Shown piece by piece: positions 8,960 to 17,681 of a stretch of DNA of 64,000 nt (position 1 is the stretch's first letter; the number at the start of each line of letters is the position of its first letter). The notes beneath the pieces were generated by a model. That model worked only from the letters and a program-made list of their open reading frames with translations, was not told the origin of the DNA and did no database searches. The position numbers and the translations under genes are program-made. The stretch covers positions 39,295-103,294 of IMG/VR virus record IMGVR_UViG_3300004457_000028. One strand, given 5' to 3'. The DNA is from a virus.

Positions 8960-9165
8960 GGGTATATATCAAGCAGCACTGGTGCTGGCTCTCGCTCGGA
9001 GTGAAGGTGATTTATTTTCAACGAGCGAGGTCACTCGTGGGGTTATCCCCAACCGTATGGATGGAAGATGGAACGAACAGGGGCAACGCATCCCCCGCCG
9101 AAGGCGGGGAAGGACTGCGCTTAGCAGTCCCTGCGAAGCAGTCGCTCCGCTGGCGTGCGTAACAA
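8960..9165 (+). ncRNA. Candidate structured ncRNA or DNA hairpin cluster behind a + strand promoter-like copy
   Basis: 15/19 match to the early promoter at 8960-8978, followed by five short hairpins. Confidence 0.4.
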
Positions 9166-9169
9166 GGCC

Positions 9170-9218
9170 AAAAAGCCAAAAAAAAAGCCCCCCACGCCGC
9201 CGAAGCGGTGTGAGGGGC
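9170..9218 (-). terminator. Hairpin plus U-tract terminator
   Basis: 14-position stem (one mismatch, one wobble) with C-UUCG-G loop, then U9 and U5, downstream of gene 9275-10111. Confidence 0.75.
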
Positions 9219-9274
9219 GGCTACCCAGTGAGTGAGTCACTGGTGGGGGTGCGCTGAGTGGCTCAGTGGCCTAC

Positions 9275-10111
9275 TCAGAGGTTCGCAAGCACTGCGATGG
9301 TTGCCTCAAGGCGAGACATGTTCATCTTCTGTGCCTTGGTCTTGGTCATGCCGAGAGCGACTGCTTGCTTCACGAGGTCGGCCTTGCTGACCTTCGCAGG
9401 TGTGGACTTGACCGCTGCAACTGGTGCAGGTGCAACTGGTGCAGGTCGGAGTGCAGCAGCAGCATCACGGCCATCCTGTGCAGTTGGTGCATCAGTTGCA
9501 CCTTGACGGACAAAGGCAAGAGCGCTGTCCTTGAGAGCACCCTTGTTGGCTCGTGTGCTCCAGTCAGCACCAACGGTCAGTTGCAGGTAAGCGGAAACAG
9601 CCTTGCGACGAGACACAAGAGGGCGAGGTTGCCCTGCAAGTTCGTGGGTGTCGGCATAGACAACGCCATCAGCGAACCAGTTCGTGCCAGCAGCGACAGC
9701 AGCGTTCAAGCGAGTTGCCTTGCGAGCAATCTTGAGTTCACGGCGGTAAGCGTTGAGCGTCTTGATGACGATGTGCTTGCTCACCTTGTCGTGGGTGGAC
9801 TTGGCCTCAAAGAACTTGGCGAGGGCAACCTTGCCCATGCTGGATGGCTCAGGCATGTCCTTGCAGTCCTTGCGAGCAGCGGCAAGGTCAAGCACATCAA
9901 CGGCGAAAGCGGTGACTTGAGCACGAGTGTAGGTCAGCGGTGTTGGGCTGAGGTTCATGCCGTCAGCGAGAACGAACATGCAGGTGAAGTCCTTCGTGGA
10001 CTTGCCCCGTAGGTAGGTGGCGATGAGTGGCACAACGGCGGTTGCTTGCTCACCCCAAGTAGCAGTGGCGGTCACAGGTCGGGCTGGGGTCGGGTTCATG
10101 TTGTTAGACAT
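9275..10111 (-). CDS. Basic Ala/Lys-rich protein, possible HeH/Rho-N-like nucleic-acid-binding repeats
   Basis: Own promoter, RBS and terminator; C-terminal SKADLVKQAVALGMTKTKAQKMNMSRL. Confidence 0.7.
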   Translation of the reverse strand: MSNNMNPTPARPVTATATWGEQATAVVPLIATYLRGKSTKDFTCMFVLADGMNLSPTPLTYTRAQVTAFAVDVLDLAAARKDCKDMPEPSSMGKVALAKFFEAKSTHDKVSKHIVIKTLNAYRRELKIARKATRLNAAVAAGTNWFADGVVYADTHELAGQPRPLVSRRKAVSAYLQLTVGADWSTRANKGALKDSALAFVRQGATDAPTAQDGRDAAAALRPAPVAPAPVAAVKSTPAKVSKADLVKQAVALGMTKTKAQKMNMSRLEATIAVLANL

Positions 10112-10140
10112 CTTTCTCTCTCCTTCACGGTGTAGTATAA

Positions 10141-10159
10141 TGCCGCTTTATATATCAAC
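10141..10159 (-). promoter_or_regulatory. Early promoter motif, copy 6 (1 mismatch)
   Basis: GTTGATATATAAAGCGGCA. Confidence 0.8.
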
Positions 10160-10715
10160 TCCAAGCAGTGATGCGTTCTTGCCACTTGTTACGGGGCGTA
10201 TGCTACGGCGCAAGGAGGGTGGCTTAGTTGCCACCCATACGGGTGGGGGTCAAGGGGCGTGGCTTGAGGCTTAACGCTGGACTGAGAGGCGAAGCGTTAC
10301 GCTGCCCTACGAATCGGCAGGTGGCGTAACCTAAACGCTGCACTGAGCAGCATAAGGCTTAGCAGTGTAGCGGTCTATAGAAGTTGAAGCCTGAAGCCCC
10401 TACTCGTGGTGCGTGATGCAAGCCCTGCTCGCAGCGCCACGCTGCTACGCAGCGTTGTGCTGCTCCCTTGTTACGGCAAGGCTACTCAGCCGAGCGCCAC
10501 GCTTGCGAGGCCAGCAGCAAACAGCGCCGCAGTGCCTTGTTACGCCCCTTAGTTACGCCCCCCTTAGGCGGAGGCATAGTAGTTACGCCCTGTAGTTACG
10601 CTTCTTTGGTCACACGCAGAGTTCCAGCAAAAAAAAATTGAAAATAAAAATTGACCTCGCCGTAGTCCTTTGATTTTCCGCATAATTCATAGAGTAGTTA
10701 CGCATCAGATGGGAT
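10160..10715. repeat. GC-rich non-coding strand-switch region with GTTACG repeats; candidate origin or packaging/terminus site
   Basis: GTTACG at 10188, 10296, 10325(rc), 10470, 10539, 10552, 10582, 10595, 10697; A-tract ~10629-10637. Confidence 0.55.
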
Positions 10716-11435
10716 ATGTCGGATGCTTTTTCAGATGCTTTCTCTCTTCTGAAGGCCACTCCTTACAAGAAAAAAGTATTGGCTGATATGCAAGCGGGAA
10801 AGCGTGAACACGCTCAGCGTCGTATGCAAACTGGGCCTACTGAAGACCCTGATGACGAGTTTCAATACGACACCGAAGACGGGTCAAAGAAACCAATTGG
10901 TGAAGACGAAGACACCGGGTATGACATGCGACCTACCGAAGAGCGCCGCAGAGAAAGCGACAACCCTTTTCATCACGATGCCTTAGACACAGTAGACAAG
11001 TCTGCATTTGACTTGGCTTTGAAGGCTTTGCAGCCATCGCCTCATCACATGGATGAAGGGCTTGATGAAAAGCAGATGCGTCACTTCGGAAACATGCAGG
11101 GAATGAAGCAACGCTTTAGCGGCAGTCCTTCTTTTGCTCACGGTATGGAAACATTACCACCAGCACCTATGATGCCTCAAAGTAGTGGTCAGCGAAACTC
11201 TAACACAACGGGAACTTTCCCTCCTAACCCACCGCCACAGCATCCAATGGCTGGTTCTCCGAACACTCAAGAGATGCCGAGAAACATTGAACAGCAAGCA
11301 AGACCTCTTAGCGAATCCAACCCATACGGGAGAATCAAAGAGTCGGAACTACAACGACTCGCTGACGAGTTTGGTATACCATTCGCAAAGGCTTGGACTA
11401 TGTTAAACCCTACTCAAGAAGAAATAAGAGGCTGA
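10716..11435 (+). CDS. Tagged low-complexity protein (putative internal head protein)
   Basis: MSDAFSDAFSLLKA; internal SAFDLALKA; C-terminal PFAKAWTML. Confidence 0.75.
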   Translation: MSDAFSDAFSLLKATPYKKKVLADMQAGKREHAQRRMQTGPTEDPDDEFQYDTEDGSKKPIGEDEDTGYDMRPTEERRRESDNPFHHDALDTVDKSAFDLALKALQPSPHHMDEGLDEKQMRHFGNMQGMKQRFSGSPSFAHGMETLPPAPMMPQSSGQRNSNTTGTFPPNPPPQHPMAGSPNTQEMPRNIEQQARPLSESNPYGRIKESELQRLADEFGIPFAKAWTMLNPTQEEIRG

Positions 11436-11441
11436 TTTGAT

Positions 11442-12986
11442 GTGTCAGCGTTTGATACTGCGTGGTTTTTGATTAAAGCACCCATGTGGTATGGAGACGA
11501 TGAAGAAAAACCACCTGCTAATCCTCGTTATGACATGCTTGAGCACATGTCGTGGGGATTAGACCCAAACTCATGGCAGCAAGCGTGGGAATCCGAAGAC
11601 GGAAACGCTCGTGCTATTGTCAAACCTGACCATAACGAAGGTAACTGGCTTATCTCTCATTACGAAATCAAAGATAATGAGTCTGCACAGGGACATGGTA
11701 GAGGAACTCAGTATCTTCAAGAATTAAAATCTACACTTAGACCCGACGAAGAGCCTGAGATTCATGAGCACCCTTACGATTTTCATGTGACTCATGTAGA
11801 ACCATCAGCCGTAGGATTTTGGGAAAAAATGGTAGACAGAGGCGTAATTGACGGGGCGCACGAAACATCATGGGTGCGAAAAACTCCTGACGGTGATGAG
11901 CATTTTACCCACCCCTACAACCACGAATCAAAGAAACCATACAAACCTCAAATGATTGCTAAAGATGATAGGACAATGGATGTTTGGAAGCGGCGAGCAC
12001 GCAATATGGGTTTAGGAGATGTCCCATACGATTTCTTAGACAGGGACAGCAGTTCAGTGCAAAACTGGAAAGGAGATAGAGAGGGCAAAATAGGTCACGG
12101 TGCTAACCGATATGCATTAGTTGGTGACAAAACTGTAGAAAAGATTCCTAACACCTTTGGTAGAGGACAGGACAAATCTTCGTTGGCTATGATAAACGCT
12201 CTTGCTTCACTCGGTTATCCTATTATTCCTGAGACACCAATCGGCACAGACAACCCTCGCTTTTTCCCGACTGAGCAAGCCAAAGTAGACAGGAGTGATA
12301 ATCTAATACCAAATCATCTTGTTGAACCTGATGATATAGATGAGTTTAACAGAATAAAAGGTAAGTTTGACCAAGACCTACTTGACCTTGATTTTGAAGT
12401 TGCTCAAGAATCTCCACTCGGACAGGCGTTAGATGTAGGGGACATTTACGAAAATGAAGACAATGTTGGCTACAAAGATGGTAAACTCATGGCGATTGAC
12501 CCATATATAGGTCACTTACATGACCTAAACAGGTTTGGACAAGATTTGAGTCAAATGACTGGGCCAATTTCTTCTAAAAATACAATTTATCAAAACAGAC
12601 AAATGCCGAGTAGACACTCAAATTACGGTGGCACAGAGCGACGAGAATACAAGAACAATAAATTGTATCAAGGATTTCAAAATGTAGACCCGATGCAGTT
12701 TAATTCTTTTAATCAACTCTATCATGACAAAGAACAATTCAAACCGTGGGATGCTGTTGAAGAAAAACTGTTTAGTGACCCTCAATCATTTGGTCAATAC
12801 GCTCCTAATTCTAATCAAATGCAACAATTAACTCAACACATGGATAAAGATAATGCAAACTACAAAAATGTAGGCGCTGCGTTAGATTGGATGAACACCC
12901 CTCCTGAGCAAAAGCGCTTGTTTGAGTTTGGTGATGACACTCACGCACGAAGATACCGTAACATGTTGGCATCTTTGAATTACTGA
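11442..12986 (+). CDS. Tagged protein with GNAT acetyltransferase-like and protein-kinase-like domains
   Basis: MSAFDTAWFLIKA; QGHGRGTQYL...AVGFWEKM; IGHGANRYA..VEKIP...DIYENEDNVG..KLMAIDPY. Confidence 0.65.
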   Translation: MSAFDTAWFLIKAPMWYGDDEEKPPANPRYDMLEHMSWGLDPNSWQQAWESEDGNARAIVKPDHNEGNWLISHYEIKDNESAQGHGRGTQYLQELKSTLRPDEEPEIHEHPYDFHVTHVEPSAVGFWEKMVDRGVIDGAHETSWVRKTPDGDEHFTHPYNHESKKPYKPQMIAKDDRTMDVWKRRARNMGLGDVPYDFLDRDSSSVQNWKGDREGKIGHGANRYALVGDKTVEKIPNTFGRGQDKSSLAMINALASLGYPIIPETPIGTDNPRFFPTEQAKVDRSDNLIPNHLVEPDDIDEFNRIKGKFDQDLLDLDFEVAQESPLGQALDVGDIYENEDNVGYKDGKLMAIDPYIGHLHDLNRFGQDLSQMTGPISSKNTIYQNRQMPSRHSNYGGTERREYKNNKLYQGFQNVDPMQFNSFNQLYHDKEQFKPWDAVEEKLFSDPQSFGQYAPNSNQMQQLTQHMDKDNANYKNVGAALDWMNTPPEQKRLFEFGDDTHARRYRNMLASLNY

Positions 12987-13024
12987 CCGCTACTCTTTTA
13001 TCAAGCAACATCGTGGGATGAACG

Positions 13025-13912
13025 ATGACCGCTTTCTCCGATGCCTTTTACATCTTGAAAAATGAGCACTTTTTTGATATTGCATACAACGATTTAGTTG
13101 AAAAAGGTAAAGCAGAGGAGTTTATTCAACTTCAACAGCGAAGACAATTTGTTCTTGATAATGAAAACTCACCTGACCCTGCTATGCGTCAAGCGGCTGA
13201 AGACGAATATCAGAAACTCATGCAAGAAATGAGTGCGAGAAGGGGACAACAACCAATGGGTGGCCCTGAAGGGCCAGTCGGTGAAGGCGCTGCTATGGGC
13301 CAAATGTCTCAACCACCAATGTCTCAAGCCAGTCCATTAGAGAAGGCTTGGGGATTCTTGAAAAAGAATGTAGTTGGTCATCAAGATGGTCAAGAATACA
13401 ATATGCCTGACCCTATCTCATCAATGGCTCAACGCCAACAAGTGCCTGAGACGATGACTCAAACTACACAAACACCTGCTCCGGGTATGTTTGGTCGTTT
13501 CAAACAACCAGTAACTAACACGGCTGAAATCCCAACTGGTCAAATGTCTCTCGGTCAAAGAGAAGGCCCAGTTCAACCAAATGCACCTCACCCAATGGGA
13601 GGGACAAATATAGGACAAGCACCGGGCGCAGAAGTAACTCGTGCTCCACGCCCCGGCCCTTTCAAACCCACCAGCAGTGACCCGATGGGACATGAAGGCC
13701 CATCTTTTCAAACAAGTCTTTCAGGACAAGGCTACTACACTAACGAACAGGGCGAAGCGGTAACTGACAATGTATATGACAGAAAAAACATGTCACGGAT
13801 GGGGAATGACGACTTTGACCTACCCGTTGGGCAAGCGCCAAGATGGATGAGTAGTCAAGATACACCCGATGGTTCGTATGGCGACCAGTTTAACCCAAAC
13901 CGACAGTTTTGA
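13025..13912 (+). CDS. Tagged Pro/Gln/Met-rich protein
   Basis: MTAFSDAFYILKN; SPLEKAWGFLKK. Confidence 0.75.
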   Translation: MTAFSDAFYILKNEHFFDIAYNDLVEKGKAEEFIQLQQRRQFVLDNENSPDPAMRQAAEDEYQKLMQEMSARRGQQPMGGPEGPVGEGAAMGQMSQPPMSQASPLEKAWGFLKKNVVGHQDGQEYNMPDPISSMAQRQQVPETMTQTTQTPAPGMFGRFKQPVTNTAEIPTGQMSLGQREGPVQPNAPHPMGGTNIGQAPGAEVTRAPRPGPFKPTSSDPMGHEGPSFQTSLSGQGYYTNEQGEAVTDNVYDRKNMSRMGNDDFDLPVGQAPRWMSSQDTPDGSYGDQFNPNRQF

Positions 13913-13964
13913 TGTCGCTTCTTAAGCGATATGCTTTTGTTTAGGTATGACTTGGCGTTAGTTA

Positions 13965-15152
13965 ATGCCGAGTGAGAACTATGACTTTGTGCCGTGGGAT
14001 TCTCCCGACGACATTGAGAAGTTTGTTCCGGCTCTTTTAGCGGGAGCAAGAGCGTTAGCACCAAAAATAGCAGGTAAACTTGGTGGTATGAAAACAGCAA
14101 CTGGTGGTTTTTTACAAGGCGCAAAAAAGAAAATAGGCGATGTCGCCAGTAAAGTTGGTATCAAAGGTGGTGGCGCAGCAACAATTGCTACTGAGGGTGC
14201 GGCCAGTGCTACTAAAACAGCGGCCAGTGCTGCGAATGAAGCAGTAGCGTCTGCTGCCCCTAAACCTGACTTGGGAACAAAGATGCCAACTGCTGAGGTT
14301 TCTACTCCTGAACCACCTGCTGCTGAACCAGCAGTTGAAACTCCTGAACCTACAGAACCAAGTGGGAGTGCTGGTAAGAAGAACGATTACAAAAAAGTCG
14401 GTATGCAATTGGCTCAACAAATGCAAGCAGGTGCTGCTCAAAGAAAACAAGCGCAAGAGCAAAGGGCGGCTGATATGGCTCGCCGTGGTGCATCAGTGCA
14501 AACTGGTGAGGCGATGGATATTGCTTGGCGGTTGTTGAAGCGTGATTTGTCCGAGATGACAGATTATGAAATAGACCGAGCAAGGTTCGCTAATGATAAT
14601 CCGGAACTTCAAAGTGAAGAAAGAACAAGGGCTATGGACAGAATGGCAGAGTTTGCTCGTCAAAATGTCACACCGTTTGATTACGGAGATGAAGTTGAAG
14701 AAGCGTATGACGATATAGGCGACCAAGACCATTCGGATTATTTCGGTGAAGACATAGACTCTAATGAGTTGTATCAGTATATTTTAGAAAATGCAGGTCA
14801 AGAAGCGGCGCAAAACTATGTTCAACAATACAAAGACGCTCGTGCAAAGTATGGAGGTAATGCCGCAACTATGGGTCAGTTGGATAACTACGGAATAAGT
14901 AACCAAGGTGATGCAAACGACTTCATAGAAAGTCGTGAAAGAATGACAGGTGACATGCGTAACATCATGCCGAATGACGAAACTGTATTTGACGCTTATC
15001 CTTATCCCGAAGGAGTAGTGTATAACAATAAGTTGTCACCTCCGTTTACCACCACTCCTGAAAACGAATCTAATTTTCAAATGAAATATACAGGCGAACC
15101 AATGGACATCGCCTATCAGTTGTTGAAAAACTGGGAGGGGACTACACAATGA
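13965..15152 (+). CDS. Tagged modular protein with amphipathic Ala/Gly N-terminal region
   Basis: IEK-FVPALLAGARALAPKIAGK; GEAMDIAWRLLK; GEPMDIAYQLLK. Confidence 0.75.
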   Translation: MPSENYDFVPWDSPDDIEKFVPALLAGARALAPKIAGKLGGMKTATGGFLQGAKKKIGDVASKVGIKGGGAATIATEGAASATKTAASAANEAVASAAPKPDLGTKMPTAEVSTPEPPAAEPAVETPEPTEPSGSAGKKNDYKKVGMQLAQQMQAGAAQRKQAQEQRAADMARRGASVQTGEAMDIAWRLLKRDLSEMTDYEIDRARFANDNPELQSEERTRAMDRMAEFARQNVTPFDYGDEVEEAYDDIGDQDHSDYFGEDIDSNELYQYILENAGQEAAQNYVQQYKDARAKYGGNAATMGQLDNYGISNQGDANDFIESRERMTGDMRNIMPNDETVFDAYPYPEGVVYNNKLSPPFTTTPENESNFQMKYTGEPMDIAYQLLKNWEGTTQ

Positions 15153-15325
15153 CAGCATTTGACAACGCTTGGGATTACCTTGAAAAGAAACTATGCCCGA
15201 AAGGTAAAGCAGCAGCAAAGCGTAAGTTTGATGTTTACCCATCAGCGTATGCAAATGGATATGCTGTGCAAGTTTGTCAAGGTAAAATTGGCGTAGGTAA
15301 GAAAAAGAAGGGGAAAAAGAAATGA
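15149..15325 (+). CDS. Tagged small basic protein, 58 aa (not in track)
   Basis: MTAFDNAWDYLEKKLCPKGKAAAKRKFDVYPSAYANGYAVQVCQGK...; ATGA overlaps on both sides. Confidence 0.75.
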   Translation: MTAFDNAWDYLEKKLCPKGKAAAKRKFDVYPSAYANGYAVQVCQGKIGVGKKKKGKKK

Positions 15326-15633
15326 CACGCTGCACTTGTCATGATGTTCTCATTGTCAAAGACCTGAAAAGGTGGTTTGATGAAAAGTGGGTTGATGTCA
15401 GTCGTAAAGACAAAGACGGTAAACACCCACCATGCGGTAGGAACAAAGCAAAGAAATCCAGTAAGGGTTATCCAAAATGCAGACCAAGTGTAAAGGTCAG
15501 CAATAAAACTCCAAAAACTTCAGGCTCAATGTCAGAAGGACAAAAATCCGCTGCTACAAAACGCAAGCGCTCAAAGAAACAAGGCGTAGGTGGAAAGCCT
15601 ACTATAGTCAAAATGGTTGGAGTGATACGATGA
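15322..15633 (+). CDS. Small basic protein resembling a marine-virus family (DUF5872-like, from memory)
   Basis: LKRWFDEKWVDV...CGR...YPKCRPS. Confidence 0.7.
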   Translation: MTRCTCHDVLIVKDLKRWFDEKWVDVSRKDKDGKHPPCGRNKAKKSSKGYPKCRPSVKVSNKTPKTSGSMSEGQKSAATKRKRSKKQGVGGKPTIVKMVGVIR

Positions 15634-15944
15634 CGGCATTTGAGACAGCATGGGATGTTATTGAAAAGGGCAAAAAAAAGTCCAAACCATTCCACGGTTA
15701 CAATCCAAACAAGCATAGTAAAAAAGGTGGACTAAATGCCAAAGGTCGTGCTACTGCTAAGCGTGAAACAGGTGCAAACCTCAAACCCCCTGTTACTAAA
15801 AAACCAAGTTCACTCAAACCCGGTAGTAAGTCGGCAAAGCGTCGTAAATCATTTTGTGCTCGTATGAGTGGAATGAAAGGTGCAACTTCTAAAAAGGGCA
15901 AACTCACTCCTAAAGGTGCATCATTAAAGAGGTGGAACTGTTGA
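15630..15944 (+). CDS. Tagged small basic protein (RRKSFCARM type)
   Basis: MTAFETAWDVIEKG; GGLNAKGR...RRKSFCARM...RWNC. Confidence 0.75.
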   Translation: MTAFETAWDVIEKGKKKSKPFHGYNPNKHSKKGGLNAKGRATAKRETGANLKPPVTKKPSSLKPGSKSAKRRKSFCARMSGMKGATSKKGKLTPKGASLKRWNC

Positions 15945-16099
15945 AAGATAAATGCTGCTGTGGGGCTACAAAAAGCACTCCTTGTGAGTGTATGAAGAAA
16001 GATATTCAGTGCTCGGCTAAAGCCCCCAAGTGTCCTTGTTACAAACTTTTAGACAAGCAAACTGGGAAAACAAAAGTAGCGGTGAAGAAATATGCCTAA
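15941..16099 (+). CDS. Small Cys/Lys-rich metallothionein-like protein, 52 aa (not in track)
   Basis: TTG start after GAGGTGG; MKDKCCCGATKSTPCECMKKDIQCSAKAPKCPCY (8 Cys). Confidence 0.6.
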   Translation: MKDKCCCGATKSTPCECMKKDIQCSAKAPKCPCYKLLDKQTGKTKVAVKKYA

Positions 16100-17681
16100 C
16101 ATTGGTGTCATTCGTAAAGGCCCAGTATACCCAGCCTTTGGGTTGGATAACTTCAATCAATATATTGCACCGCTTGGTCAGGCAATCAACCAAGGACACG
16201 ATAGTTTTGAGCATGTAAACCCCAATGGTGGTGATAGAACTTATTTGAATCAACAAATTAGCAGTAGAATTAACGCAGGTGTTACTGGGAATATACCTGT
16301 TTTTGATAACCTCTCTCTTCAACACGATGCAGATGAGAAAAAACAATTTGAAATGAACTCTCATTATCAATTAGAACATCTAATGAGAACTGCTCCGCAC
16401 ATGTTTAGTGATATAGGAGTAAACCAAAGAATGTTTTTACAAACAGGTGTAATACCTCAAGGTTGGAATAGTAACCCTGCTATGTCATTACCATTTGAAG
16501 ACAAAAAGCGTGTTCGTAATACTAAAACTGGAACTTATGATTTTCACAGTCAAAGAAATATACCTGAACGACGACACCCACTGGTAGTAAAACCACACGA
16601 TATAGGAATGGTTTACGAGCGAGGCCGTGACAATAGATTTTCACCAGTTACCTCTACACCCACTCCTATGTGGCTTGCTGGTGCAAAGTCAAAACATCTT
16701 ACAGCAAGACCATTAGGAGTTGAACAAAACTCAATGCCAAAACATCACGAACTGGAAATCTATGACCGCCATAATAGACATAACACAGCGAATGGTTTCA
16801 AACCCGGAATGACAATGCCTATACAAGCACAAGTTTTGAGACATTCTCATAAGAAACCTGAAGTTCGTGAAGAAGTAGAGCCAGCAGAGCCAGTAGAGTT
16901 AGAAGAAGGAAAGAGACTGAGTGGGGATTTACCTATTTCACTAAAGACTCATTTCAAAACTGGTAAGAATAGCGTTGGAGTAAAAGGCAAGATTCCGGCT
17001 AAGTGGGCTAATGAGGGTAATCCAAACAGTTTACCTCGTAGAATCGCAAACATAAATGATGCACATGATGCTGAAATGATTAGTGATGAAGATAAAAAAA
17101 CTCTTTTGACCTTTCTCTTACAACATTCTATAGAAAGTGGACACTTAAACATGCAAGATTTAACAGGTCAATTTAATCGTAAAAAATGGAATGTCGCTGA
17201 CGATGATGCATACAGTGCTGCTCTTATGGAGATACAAAAGGCTCGTTTTGAAAGAATTACAGACTTGCTATTGAAGGAGCGTAAATCACCTGAAGCCATG
17301 CGTCGTAAGAAAGAATACGATACCAAATACGAGGCTTCTCCTGATAGAGTCAAGTATAGAGAGGATTTGAATAGAGAGCGACACAAGCGTGGTATGTATG
17401 GCGACCACTCTCACCGTGACATTTCACACACCGAAGGTGGTAAATTGACAGTAGAAGACGAGCATAAGAACAGAGCAAGACATTTCAAAGACAAAGGGAC
17501 ACTACGACCTATCACAAAAGGAATCAAGCAAGACCTTGAATTGCTTAGAAACTTAATGGCTGGGCCTATGGATGAGCAAGATAAATCAATAGCACAGGCT
17601 TTACTGACTTCTTTAGACGACTACCATCAAGAAGAAAATGTAGAAAGTAGAAAAGAATTGATGCATCCTTATCCATTCTAA
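16092..17681 (+). CDS. Modular protein with C-terminal HNH-like domain
   Basis: After RFERITDLLLK: YDTKY...RERHKRG..GD...DISH..GG.L..ED...NRAR. Confidence 0.65.
   Translation: MPNIGVIRKGPVYPAFGLDNFNQYIAPLGQAINQGHDSFEHVNPNGGDRTYLNQQISSRINAGVTGNIPVFDNLSLQHDADEKKQFEMNSHYQLEHLMRTAPHMFSDIGVNQRMFLQTGVIPQGWNSNPAMSLPFEDKKRVRNTKTGTYDFHSQRNIPERRHPLVVKPHDIGMVYERGRDNRFSPVTSTPTPMWLAGAKSKHLTARPLGVEQNSMPKHHELEIYDRHNRHNTANGFKPGMTMPIQAQVLRHSHKKPEVREEVEPAEPVELEEGKRLSGDLPISLKTHFKTGKNSVGVKGKIPAKWANEGNPNSLPRRIANINDAHDAEMISDEDKKTLLTFLLQHSIESGHLNMQDLTGQFNRKKWNVADDDAYSAALMEIQKARFERITDLLLKERKSPEAMRRKKEYDTKYEASPDRVKYREDLNRERHKRGMYGDHSHRDISHTEGGKLTVEDEHKNRARHFKDKGTLRPITKGIKQDLELLRNLMAGPMDEQDKSIAQALLTSLDDYHQEENVESRKELMHPYPF

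Noticed and set aside
8914-9257. Short + strand ORFs 8914-9162 and 8982-9257
   Set aside because: No RBS, they run through hairpins and A-tracts, and composition is not protein-like; treated as non-coding.
9266-10012. 248-aa + strand ORF
   Set aside because: Antisense shadow of 9275-10111, which has the promoter, RBS and terminator.
1122-10159. 19-bp repeats as a CRISPR array
   Set aside because: Copies are 1-3 kb apart, each upstream of a gene and containing a TATA box; there are no spacers or cas genes.
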